Source of the DNA: a virus
DNA length: 64,000 nucleotides
IMG/VR virus record: IMGVR_UViG_3300037089_000251
Span: 40,510 to 104,509 of that record
Strand: one strand, 5' to 3'
Below the pieces are notes generated by a model, which was not told where the DNA came from, did no database searches, and was given only the letters and a program-made list of their open reading frames with translations. This document shows positions 10,311 through 17,536 of the stretch, one piece after another. Position 1 is the stretch's first letter. Every line of letters begins with the position of its first letter. A program made the translations under genes and the position numbers.

Positions 10311-10811
10311 ATGGCTGGCAAGGTACTGGCAATCAAGCTCGGTCCGTGGCATGAGTTCGGCGACGGCATCGTCAGCACCGGCTATCGGGTAATCCTGTCT
10401 GTTAGCCAAGTCCGCATCGACGTGCAGACCACCACCTTCTTTGGCCAGAACCTCTTCCAGATGACCTACTCCCCGTGGGGCGTGGGCATGGTGGATGTCG
10501 GCTCGCTCAACTCTACCAGCCTCTTCATGAACTTCCTTGCCCCCTACAAGAACCGGTGCTTGGAGTGGGCGCAATTCGTCAATCCCCCTTATAATGCAGC
10601 CTTCTACCTTGGGCGCAGCTACACCCTGATTCCCCCTCCCCCGGAGCCTCCCGAGTCCACGGGCAACATGGTTCTCGACGAGGCAAGCTACGATGCCGCA
10701 AAGGGTTGGTGGGTGAGGTTCAAGGGGAACTTCAACATCGCCATCCCCATATTCCACGACTTCCCCAACATCTTGGACTGCACTCCCAACTTCAGCATCA
10801 AGATTAAGTAG
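10311..10811 (+). CDS. Hypothetical protein
   Basis: RBS AGGAG, phage-like codon usage. Confidence 0.6.
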   Translation: MAGKVLAIKLGPWHEFGDGIVSTGYRVILSVSQVRIDVQTTTFFGQNLFQMTYSPWGVGMVDVGSLNSTSLFMNFLAPYKNRCLEWAQFVNPPYNAAFYLGRSYTLIPPPPEPPESTGNMVLDEASYDAAKGWWVRFKGNFNIAIPIFHDFPNILDCTPNFSIKIK

Positions 10812-10841
10812 GTTTTACCATAAAAACCGGTATTATCCGCC

Positions 10842-10988
10842 ATGGTCATGAGTTATGGAAAAGCATTCTCCTTGGGGATGATAACGCTGTCCGTTTTGGC
10901 CAGCCTGTCGTACTTCGCCGCCAAGGACTATCGCCGGGGAGTATACTGGGCGGCATCCGCCGTCCTCATCACCTCCGTGACCTTCTAG
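10842..10988 (+). CDS. Small membrane protein (48 aa, not in ORF track)
   Basis: MVMSYGKAFSLGMITLSVLASLSYFAAKDYRRGVYWAASAVLITSVTF; follows a promoter-like motif. Confidence 0.5.
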   Translation: MVMSYGKAFSLGMITLSVLASLSYFAAKDYRRGVYWAASAVLITSVTF

Positions 10989-10993
10989 GAACG

Positions 10994-11212
10994 ATGCCTA
11001 TGTGCCGGAACCCCGAGCAAGTCAAGATGGTGGACCGCCGAAAGGGTGCGATTAGGGCGGCGGTCGCCGCCTACCTCATCATCCTCATTCTCGTCATCAT
11101 GGTCTCATGCTTGGTGATAGCCCTGACGGTGCAGAAGGCCAAGACCCTACAGCTTATGGTGAGACCACCCTGTTCTCTGGTCATAAAGGAGACCCCATGC
11201 GCATATTCCTGA
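10994..11212 (+). CDS. Small single-TM protein
   Basis: Long hydrophobic stretch; tight gene packing. Confidence 0.5.
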   Translation: MPMCRNPEQVKMVDRRKGAIRAAVAAYLIILILVIMVSCLVIALTVQKAKTLQLMVRPPCSLVIKETPCAYS

Positions 11213-11766
11213 TTTGCCCCGTCCGGTTCGCCAGCGAGGAGCAGACCCGAGCCATCGCCGACTGGGTTCGCTATCAAGAGAACGTGGAGGGAAATGCCGT
11301 CCATTGGCCTGCCCGAGATACCCGGCAAGGCCAGGACAGCCTCAAGATATGCGAGGACAACCGCTTCGCCATGGAGCACTCCGACGAGGTCCATGTCTGG
11401 TACGAGCCGACCAGCCAAGGCAGCGTGTTCGACATCGGCATGGCGTTCGTCATGCGCAAGCCGGTATTCCTCGTCAACCCCTCCGCCGTGGTGCCCACCG
11501 AGAGCAAGTCTTATAACAATCTTGTTATAATCCTCGACAAGCAGGCACGGGAGTGGAAGCAGACTATGGTAGATTTGACGAAGGTCAGCGCCGGGCAGGT
11601 GGGATTCTGCGAGTACGACGAGGACCACCGCATGCGGGTGCCGGTCAGCCGTAGGGAGTTCCAAAGGATGGTAGCGGGGATAAACCATAACGAGTCTGAG
11701 ATTGAGGGTGAGTTGGCGGGTATGCCCTATGACGAAGACCCCGCTCAGGAGGCGGCGAACCGATGA
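11197..11766 (+). CDS. Nucleoside 2-deoxyribosyltransferase-like protein
   Basis: MRIFLICPVR...SDEVHVWY...SQGSVFDIGMAF..RKPV matches the NDT-like Rossmannoid pattern; AAGGAG RBS. Confidence 0.6.
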   Translation: MRIFLICPVRFASEEQTRAIADWVRYQENVEGNAVHWPARDTRQGQDSLKICEDNRFAMEHSDEVHVWYEPTSQGSVFDIGMAFVMRKPVFLVNPSAVVPTESKSYNNLVIILDKQAREWKQTMVDLTKVSAGQVGFCEYDEDHRMRVPVSRREFQRMVAGINHNESEIEGELAGMPYDEDPAQEAANR

Positions 11767-12296
11767 AGGCATGGACGCTGAGAGAGCCTTGGGCTAGCCT
11801 CGTGGTCATCGGAGAGAAGAAGTGGGAGACCCGCTCCCGGCCGAACTGGAAGCTCGTGGGCACGAGGGTCGCCATCCATGCCGCCAAGAAGTTTGACAAG
11901 GGCCTGCTGGACGAGGACAGCGGCATCTTCAAGAATGACTTCTTCAACACCGCACTGGCCAAGTACGACATCGACCCCGACATGTTCGCCCTCGGCAGCG
12001 TCATAGGGTTCGTCCGAGTGATGTCCTGCGACAGGGTTGAGTCTATCAGGGGGTTTCTTCGCTCTGACCAGTTGGCCTTCGGGGACTGGTCTGACGGGAG
12101 GTACTGCTTCCGCCTGGTGGACCCAGAGATGATTGAGCCTGTTCCCGCCAAGGGGGCGCTGTGCGTCTGGGAATGGGACATGAAAGGCTACTACCCCGGC
12201 AGCGACCCGCTGGCAGGATATAGGAACCTAAGGGTGCCTGCGATGGGGCTGGAACCCAGTACATCCCTCCTAGATTTGGAATACCCACACCTTTAG
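11763..12296 (+). CDS. ASCH domain protein
   Basis: TLREPWASLVVIGEKKWETRS..IHAAK, PVPAKGALCVW. Confidence 0.85.
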   Translation: MKAWTLREPWASLVVIGEKKWETRSRPNWKLVGTRVAIHAAKKFDKGLLDEDSGIFKNDFFNTALAKYDIDPDMFALGSVIGFVRVMSCDRVESIRGFLRSDQLAFGDWSDGRYCFRLVDPEMIEPVPAKGALCVWEWDMKGYYPGSDPLAGYRNLRVPAMGLEPSTSLLDLEYPHL

Positions 12297-12311
12297 GTGA
12301 GGAGCACCGAT

Positions 12312-13304
12312 ATGGCCACACCCAGCCCGTTCAAGTCCGCCTTTCTCAAGAGCGCCGAGCCTCTTCTTTACGTCGTCAAGCGGGATGGGAAGCCCCTTAC
12401 CGACCCGATGTCCCACAACGAGTGCTTCGAGTGGCTCCAGAAGGCACATCCTGCCTATTCCGTGTCCCATGCCACCCAGTACGAGGGGTTCTCCATAGAC
12501 CCCGCCCAGCCCGGCGATGCCGCCGGACCCGAGGACCCGACGCTCGCCCCCAACTTCTTCAAGACCGACGACAAGGACTTCCTGAGGGAGATGGGGATAT
12601 CGTCATCGCTCAAGCGGCGTCCCGACTATGGGCTGGCCAGACCGATAGACCCCCTTGCCAAGAAGGCAGGGTTCAAGTTTGAAACCCCTGGATTGGACAG
12701 GCAGCAGCTTACGAAGGATGTGGCCAAGTATAGGGAGCTTCTGGCAAAGACCAAGGACAACAAGGAGTCGGAAGACCTGGCATTCAAGCTCTCGCTGGCG
12801 GAAGCAAAGTTGAAGATGCTGAGCCAAAAGCAGGCTGCGGGCATATCCGCCGCCCCGAGGGACTACCCGGTCAAGAGGCAGAAGGACGGGTTCTGGTACA
12901 TCATCGGCTTACAGGGAGAGGAGCTTAGCGAGAACGCCGAGGGTTCCCCCACGATAAAGACCCCGGACTCGTGGCTCAATGTCCACCAGAACGCCAAGAA
13001 CCTCGACCTTTCCGAGCAGATTTACCGGGAGCTTTATGCCGAGTTCCAGACCAACGACAACCTCAAGGACGGGGACACCTTCAGCACCCCCATTGGCCAG
13101 TTCATATGCAAGGGGGTGGATGTCATCCCCGCCGACGATATGGCCAAGCAGGCGATAGCCGAGGTCGATGAGAGCTACCGGTGCGCTAACTGCGGGTGTG
13201 ACCAAGGGATGCACCGCAAGGGCTATGACGACAACGGCTATCAAGTGTATGGCCAGTGCTCAGACCATCCCGAGTGCAAGGAATATGTACGCCGTGGTGA
13301 GTGA
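12312..13304 (+). CDS. Multi-module hypothetical (probable virion cargo) protein
   Basis: Contains DDKDFLREMGI and KxA motifs shared with the 51177 ORF; C-terminal Cys/His Zn module. Confidence 0.6.
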   Translation: MATPSPFKSAFLKSAEPLLYVVKRDGKPLTDPMSHNECFEWLQKAHPAYSVSHATQYEGFSIDPAQPGDAAGPEDPTLAPNFFKTDDKDFLREMGISSSLKRRPDYGLARPIDPLAKKAGFKFETPGLDRQQLTKDVAKYRELLAKTKDNKESEDLAFKLSLAEAKLKMLSQKQAAGISAAPRDYPVKRQKDGFWYIIGLQGEELSENAEGSPTIKTPDSWLNVHQNAKNLDLSEQIYRELYAEFQTNDNLKDGDTFSTPIGQFICKGVDVIPADDMAKQAIAEVDESYRCANCGCDQGMHRKGYDDNGYQVYGQCSDHPECKEYVRRGE

Positions 13305-13334
13305 AATTTCCCATAAAACCTAGTATTTTCTGGT

Positions 13335-13706
13335 ATGGCCAGAAAGCATTACACCCAGATGTCCGTGCCCGAGTTGGTGGAGGTGCGGAACTATGTAAAT
13401 GACCTGCGCCTGAGGACTACTCAGCCCCATTACTACAACCGGAAGCAGGAGCGGTCGTTCTCTCAGGGTCAGGTCTACGCTGCCGTCAAGATGGGGAAGC
13501 TCATCGAGGTCCATAACGACAGGGAGCCGGATATCCGGGCGCTTTTCCGGGACGATACGGGAACTTGCGTGGTCATCGACTTGGGCAGCGGGGACATCAT
13601 CACGGTCTACTACAATGACCCCGAGGACAAGCACTTCACCCTCAACAAGGGGTTGTACCGGTGGCAGGTAGACCTGTGCTCGATAGTCATCGGGCTTAGA
13701 AAGTAG
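13335..13706 (+). CDS. DUF4258-like protein
   Basis: H...R..ER....G.LIE...IITVY pattern. Confidence 0.45.
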   Translation: MARKHYTQMSVPELVEVRNYVNDLRLRTTQPHYYNRKQERSFSQGQVYAAVKMGKLIEVHNDREPDIRALFRDDTGTCVVIDLGSGDIITVYYNDPEDKHFTLNKGLYRWQVDLCSIVIGLRK

Positions 13707-13712
13707 GCAACC

Positions 13713-14039
13713 ATGGGAGCAAAAGCAGCAGTAGCGCCGATAGCGCCGATAGTTATGGAACAGGTCACCTACGACCGCTGGGACCCCGTCTACGAGCTTG
13801 ACATGCGGGGCAAGAAGCCCCCCATCCTTGTCTGGAAGTACGAGGATGCCCCCGAGGAGATAAAGGCGAGGATTATCGCCGAGAACTTCTGGTTCACCCC
13901 CGACTGGGTGGCGCTAAGGCCACCGCAGATAAAGAGCGGGGACATCCCCTGCATGCTGGAGGAAGGCTCCTTCCTCTTCATATCCTCGGGCATCGTTGAC
14001 CTTGAGGACGGCGGGGCCATCTTGGTGGGGAACAAGTAA
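13713..14039 (+). CDS. Hypothetical protein
   Basis: Codon usage and operon packing. Confidence 0.55.
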   Translation: MGAKAAVAPIAPIVMEQVTYDRWDPVYELDMRGKKPPILVWKYEDAPEEIKARIIAENFWFTPDWVALRPPQIKSGDIPCMLEEGSFLFISSGIVDLEDGGAILVGNK

Positions 14040-14171
14040 GGAATCTATGAGCATGCTTGCCGACATCCTGCTGTCTCGTATCCTTTGCCTTGGGGCAAGC
14101 ATCTAATGTTGGAACTCAGTATTATCGCTTAGACTGGCTTGGCCAGAATCAAACTACATGGAATGGTTAAT

Positions 14172-14759
14172 ATGAGCACCACCTACTACAAGTCCAAACG
14201 GGCATTTGACGTATCCCTCACTCTTTTGGCGATGCTGGCTGGCCTCCCCCTTTTCCTGGTAATCGCTGCCTCCATCTGGATGACCTCCAAGGGTCCCATC
14301 ATCTTCCGGCAGAAGCGGGTGGGGTGGAAGGGCAGGGATTTCATGATGTACAAGTTTCGTACCATGAGGCCCGGAACGAGCAGGCGTCTTGACCTCGTCA
14401 CCAAGAACGACCCACGGGTTACGTGGGTGGGAAGGTTCCTCCGGGCGACCCACCTGGACGAGCTTCCTCAGCTTTTCAACGTCCTCAAGGGGGACATGAG
14501 CTTGGTTGGTCCCCGCCCCGAGGAGTACAATCTGGCACAGCACCTCTCCGAGAACATCCCCGGCTATACCGAGGCTCTCGACATGATGCCGGGTCTGACG
14601 GGTCTTTCGCAGCTTTGCGGCCGGGAAAAGGTAAATGCGCTGGGACGTAGGTTCGAGGTGAGGCTCCACAGGTGGTACAGGCGCAATAGAAGCTTCGCTT
14701 ATGACGCCCTTTTGGTTCTGGCCACCGTCCCGCACGTGATTTTGCGCCGGGGCGTGTAA
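14172..14759 (+). CDS. Monotopic phosphoglycosyl transferase (bacterial sugar transferase, PglC/WcaJ C-terminal type)
   Basis: KRAFD, FRQKRVG, YKFRTM, DELPQLFNVLKGDMSLVGPRPE, PGLTGLSQ. Confidence 0.92.
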   Translation: MSTTYYKSKRAFDVSLTLLAMLAGLPLFLVIAASIWMTSKGPIIFRQKRVGWKGRDFMMYKFRTMRPGTSRRLDLVTKNDPRVTWVGRFLRATHLDELPQLFNVLKGDMSLVGPRPEEYNLAQHLSENIPGYTEALDMMPGLTGLSQLCGREKVNALGRRFEVRLHRWYRRNRSFAYDALLVLATVPHVILRRGV

Positions 14760-14948
14760 AATAATTCCGAAAAACACGACTACCGGGAGTATTATATGAG
14801 TGGAGGGAATCACGGGACACCGAGACACCCTCCATATTATAGCCCACGACTCCTACATTCCCCGGCAAGACCGTGGATGGCACCAAGGGGGGTCGGAAAT
14901 TCTGAGGGGGCGGACGCCCGGCGACTGCCCCCTCTTAGAGATTGCACC

Positions 14949-15026
14949 ATGCTGATGAACGTCACCATGCCGCACACACAAACGCAGACCCAAATTAGGG
15001 CTGGCGGCGGAGCCTGCTCGGGATAA
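14949..15026 (+). CDS. Putative attenuator leader peptide MLMNVTMPHTQTQTQIRAGGGACSG
   Basis: Codon run ACA CAA ACG CAG ACC CAA ATT matches the downstream tRNA set; 3' end overlaps the antiterminator arm; double TAA stop. Confidence 0.7.
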   Translation: MLMNVTMPHTQTQTQIRAGGGACSG

Positions 15027-15079
15027 TAAAATCCGAGCCGAGACTCTTCAGCCGCCCAAAAGGCGGCTTTCGTGTTTTT
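15003..15079 (+). promoter_or_regulatory. Attenuator: antiterminator (15003-15056) mutually exclusive with intrinsic terminator (15050-15079)
   Basis: Terminator AGCCGCC-CAAAA-GGCGGCT-TTCGTGTTTTT. Upstream GGCGGC(GGAG) at 15003-15012 is complementary to (CTTC)A-GCCGCC and encloses GCTCGG/CCGAGC. Confidence 0.72.
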
Positions 15080-15245
15080 AGGGGGGTTATGGGCAGCGTG
15101 AGCTTGACCGAGGTTGACAGGAACGACCCTTGGGATGTATTCTTGGACAAGCACCTTCCCGAGAAGGAAGATACTCAGGAGGCAGGTGCTCCAAGGCGGG
15201 GCGGTATCCGCTTGGTAAAAAGCGGCGGCACCGGGATGCGGAGGC

Positions 15246-15614
15246 ATGATGGCCAAGTTCGAGCAGCATTGCTTCGATTGCAAGGCTATCCTCGGCAATA
15301 GGCATGAGGAAGTCAATCGGTGGATGGACGGGCTGTTCTGGAAGAAGGGACCCGCCCACAGGCGCTTCCGGCACCACATGCACGGGGTCAGGAAGGCACA
15401 GGAGCTTTTCGGTCCCGAGGGAGCCAAGGCAGCCATCGTCCACATCGTCAGGGACATGGGTGCGGTGCCGAGGGAGAGGGACTACGACGAGGTACCGGAG
15501 GGGGTCACGATTTTCCCCACTTTCTGTGCCCCGCCGCTAGGCTTCGACCAGCACTTTGACATGTTTCAAGAGAAGACCGAGGAAGAGATTAAGAGGATTC
15601 TGGGGGAGACGTAA
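15246..15614 (+). CDS. Hypothetical His-rich phage protein
   Basis: H..HRRFRHH..G motif; RBS GGAGG. Confidence 0.6.
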   Translation: MMAKFEQHCFDCKAILGNRHEEVNRWMDGLFWKKGPAHRRFRHHMHGVRKAQELFGPEGAKAAIVHIVRDMGAVPRERDYDEVPEGVTIFPTFCAPPLGFDQHFDMFQEKTEEEIKRILGET

Positions 15615-15696
15615 GGGATAGACCATGGGGTTTCCGGGCAGTATTGAGCCGTGCAATGAGGCTCCATAGCCCCCTTTTCCTCCCCCATCAGGTTTT

Positions 15697-15772
15697 TGGC
15701 GGGTAGCTCATCTGGCAGAGCGCAGTCCTGATAAGACTGAGGTGATGGGTTCAACTCCCATACCGCCAACCA
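15697..15772 (+). tRNA. tRNA-Ile(GAT)
   Basis: Cloverleaf; CAGTC-CTGATAA-GACTG; TTCAA T-loop; encoded CCA. Confidence 0.9.
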
Positions 15773-15776
15773 TATT

Positions 15777-16109
15777 ATGGAAAAACGGCTCCTGTTCTCG
15801 CTCACGAAGAGCGATTTCGACTTCGAGACGTTCTGTACGGGAGGCAAGGGAGGACAGCACCGCAATGCCAAGCAGAACGGGGTGCGCTGCATCCATCCTC
15901 CGTCCGGGGCACGGGCGGAGCACCGTGACGGGCGGGACCAGTACCGTAACAAGCAGGAGGCTTTCCGCAAGTGCGTCGGGTCCCCGGAGTTCAAGGCATG
16001 GCACCGGCTGGAAGTGGCCAGAAGGCTGGGGCAGCTTGGTGACATCGAGCGCAGGGTAGATGAGATGATGCGCTCGGAGAACCTGAAGTTTGAGTTAGTG
16101 GAAGCATAG
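15777..16109 (+). CDS. RF-1 (GGQ) domain peptidyl-tRNA hydrolase / release-factor-like protein
   Basis: GGKGGQHRN...VRCIHPPSG....RDQYRNKQEA. Confidence 0.85.
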   Translation: MEKRLLFSLTKSDFDFETFCTGGKGGQHRNAKQNGVRCIHPPSGARAEHRDGRDQYRNKQEAFRKCVGSPEFKAWHRLEVARRLGQLGDIERRVDEMMRSENLKFELVEA

Positions 16110-16115
16110 TTTTGT

Positions 16116-16190
16116 GGCACCGTCGTCCAGCGGCTAGGACCTCCGCCCGATTAGCGGAAGACCTCGGTTCGAGTCCGAGCGGGGCTACCA
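16116..16190 (+). tRNA. Atypical tRNA (loop CCGATTA, nominal anticodon GAT, Glu/Asp-like D arm)
   Basis: Good D, anticodon and T stems and CCA, but C33, U37 and an A-G mismatch in the acceptor stem. Confidence 0.65.
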
Positions 16191-16194
16191 AGTT

Positions 16195-16302
16195 TGTGGG
16201 GCGGTAGGACTCCGCTTAATCGAGCGAGCCGAGGGAGTGACCCCGGCAGTGTCGTACCTTAAAGTGGCGTACACACGCAAGAATTCAATAGACTCGCCCA
16301 CA
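16195..16302 (+). ncRNA. Unknown multi-branched RNA within the tRNA array
   Basis: Closing stem TGTGGG/CCCACA around three hairpins; no ORF. Confidence 0.45.
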
Positions 16303-16359
16303 AGGTTTAGCTCGCCTGCCATGCGCAGGAGGAGTTGAGGTCGCCTTAGGCGTCCTTTG

Positions 16360-16435
16360 GCCGGTGTAGTTCAGTTGGCAGAACGCACGCCTCGTAAGCG
16401 TGAAGTCGCAGGTTCGATGCCTGTCACCGGCTCCA
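16360..16435 (+). tRNA. tRNA-Thr(CGT)
   Basis: CACGC-CTCGTAA-GCGTG; acceptor GCCGGTG/CACCGGC; CCA. Confidence 0.92.
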
Positions 16436-16441
16436 TTTTCT

Positions 16442-16516
16442 GCTGCCGTATCACAGTGGTAGTGAGCCTGCTTGGTAAGCAGGAGGTCGCTGGTTCGAGT
16501 CCAGCCGGTAGCTCCA
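16442..16516 (+). tRNA. tRNA-Thr(GGT)
   Basis: CCTGC-TTGGTAA-GCAGG; CCA. Confidence 0.9.
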
Positions 16517-16522
16517 TTTTAA

Positions 16523-16597
16523 GCCTTCGTAGCTCAGTGGCAGAGCGCTTCCTTGGTAAGGAAGAGGTCGTGGGTTCGATTCCCACCTTCGGCTCCA
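16523..16597 (+). tRNA. tRNA-Thr(GGT), second copy, mismatched acceptor stem
   Basis: CTTCC-TTGGTAA-GGAAG; acceptor GCCTTCG/CTTCGGC has 3 mismatches. Confidence 0.8.
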
Positions 16598-16601
16598 TTT
16601 G

Positions 16602-16676
16602 GTCGGTGTAGCTCAGTTGCAGAGCGCCGGTCCCGTAAACCGGAGGTCGGGGGTTCAAAACCCCTCATCGGCTCCA
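16602..16676 (+). tRNA. tRNA-Thr(CGT), second copy with C33
   Basis: CCGGT-CCCGTAA-ACCGG; CCA. Confidence 0.82.
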
Positions 16677-16689
16677 TCTTGAGGTTATC

Positions 16690-16899
16690 ATGTGGCGTCA
16701 GGGAAGATTTCGGAAGACGAACGATGGCCAAGCCCCACGCTTCACCTATATGATATGCTGGGTGGAGGACAGGGCAGCCCTGAAGGTCGGGAAGTTCGTT
16801 AACTTCAAGGATGTCGAGGGTCTGTGGGAGGTCACTTGGCTATCGACCATAACCAGCAAGACCCGCCCCCGTCAGACCTGGCATGTCGGGGGACTATAA
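16690..16899 (+). CDS. Small hypothetical protein inside the tRNA array
   Basis: GAGG RBS; fills the gap between tRNAs. Confidence 0.55.
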   Translation: MWRQGRFRKTNDGQAPRFTYMICWVEDRAALKVGKFVNFKDVEGLWEVTWLSTITSKTRPRQTWHVGGL

Positions 16900-16903
16900 G
16901 TTT

Positions 16904-16988
16904 GCTACCGTGGCTCAGCGGCGACAGCACCGGTTTTGTAAACCGGCAGAGAAATCTCACAGCGGTTCGAGTCCGCTCGGTAGCTCCA
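16904..16988 (+). tRNA. tRNA-Thr(TGT) with long variable arm
   Basis: CCGGT-TTTGTAA-ACCGG; GAGA-AA-TCTC variable arm; CCA. Confidence 0.85.
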
Positions 16989-17044
16989 GTTTGTGGTTGC
17001 CATCTGCATGGTTTATGATGCGTCTGGCAACCAAGTAAGGTTGT

Positions 17045-17120
17045 TCCGGGGTCACTTCTAACGGTAGGAAACTGGGCTTTGAACCCAGGAATGGGGGTTC
17101 GACTCCCTCCCCCGGAACCA
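17045..17120 (+). tRNA. tRNA-Gln(TTG)
   Basis: CTGGG-CTTTGAA-CCCAG; U1-A72; CCA. Confidence 0.88.
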
Positions 17121-17127
17121 AGATTGT

Positions 17128-17201
17128 TCCAGAGTCGTCTAACGTAGGATGCCGCTCTTTGAAAGCGTGCGATGGGGGTTCGATTCCACCCTCTGGAACC
17201 A
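17128..17201 (+). tRNA. tRNA-Gln(TTG), second copy
   Basis: CGCT-CTTTGAA-AGCG; acceptor TCCAGAG/CTCTGGA; CCA. Confidence 0.82.
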
Positions 17202-17276
17202 AAGTTAAAGTCCATTATACGACACCTTAAGTTTTCCCGAAAAATCAGTTCTGGCCACGGTATTATGACTTGCAGT

Positions 17277-17347
17277 GCTGAGGCTATGGGGGCGCTTCCT
17301 TCTAAATTGACTCATACTCAAACCCTAGCTCCCCCGGTTTCCTCAGC
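17277..17347 (+). ncRNA. Y/vault-like structured RNA, copy 1
   Basis: GCTGAGG-CTAT-GGGGGCGCT-TCCTTCTA...AGCTCCCCC-GGTTT-CCTCAGC; own GGTATTAT element upstream. Confidence 0.7.
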
Positions 17348-17380
17348 GTAATTTTTGGATTTACCCGGTATTCTATAAGT

Positions 17381-17448
17381 GGTGGCTGGCTATGGGGGCG
17401 CTTCCTTCTATTCCTTTGGCGAAAATAGCTCTCCTGATTTCCAGCCCC
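17381..17448 (+). ncRNA. Y/vault-like structured RNA, copy 2
   Basis: GGCTGG-CTAT-GGGGGCGCT-TCCTTCTA...AGCTCTCCT-GATTT-CCAGCC; own GGTATTCT element upstream. Confidence 0.7.
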
Positions 17449-17536
17449 GTTCTCATCCCAGTTCCTAGTGATTAGTCCGCATCAAGGTCACGGTTGCTAC
17501 AGCCGAGGCATAGCCTCGTGCCCGAGGAGGCTGAAA

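Noticed and set aside
14796-14948. Upstream extension of the leader ORF from ATG 14796
   Set aside because: That ATG abuts the putative -10 box (likely upstream of the TSS) and the region is occupied by strong hairpins; ATG 14949 or later is more plausible.
16195-16302. tmRNA or 6S RNA
   Set aside because: No T-arm/CCA end or tag ORF, and too short and branched for 6S.
16994-17034. Hairpin GGTTGCCA...TGGCAACCA as a tRNA
   Set aside because: Ends in CCA but has no D or T arms; at most a remnant or processing hairpin.
16357-17215. ORFs overlapping the tRNA genes
   Set aside because: Translations of tRNA sequence (e.g. MEPVTGIEPAT); not protein genes.
17277-17448. Direct repeat GGCTATGGGGGCGCTTCCTTCTA as a mini-CRISPR array
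   Set aside because: Only two adjacent copies, the downstream sequence base-pairs back onto the repeat, and there are no cas genes; better explained as structured RNAs.
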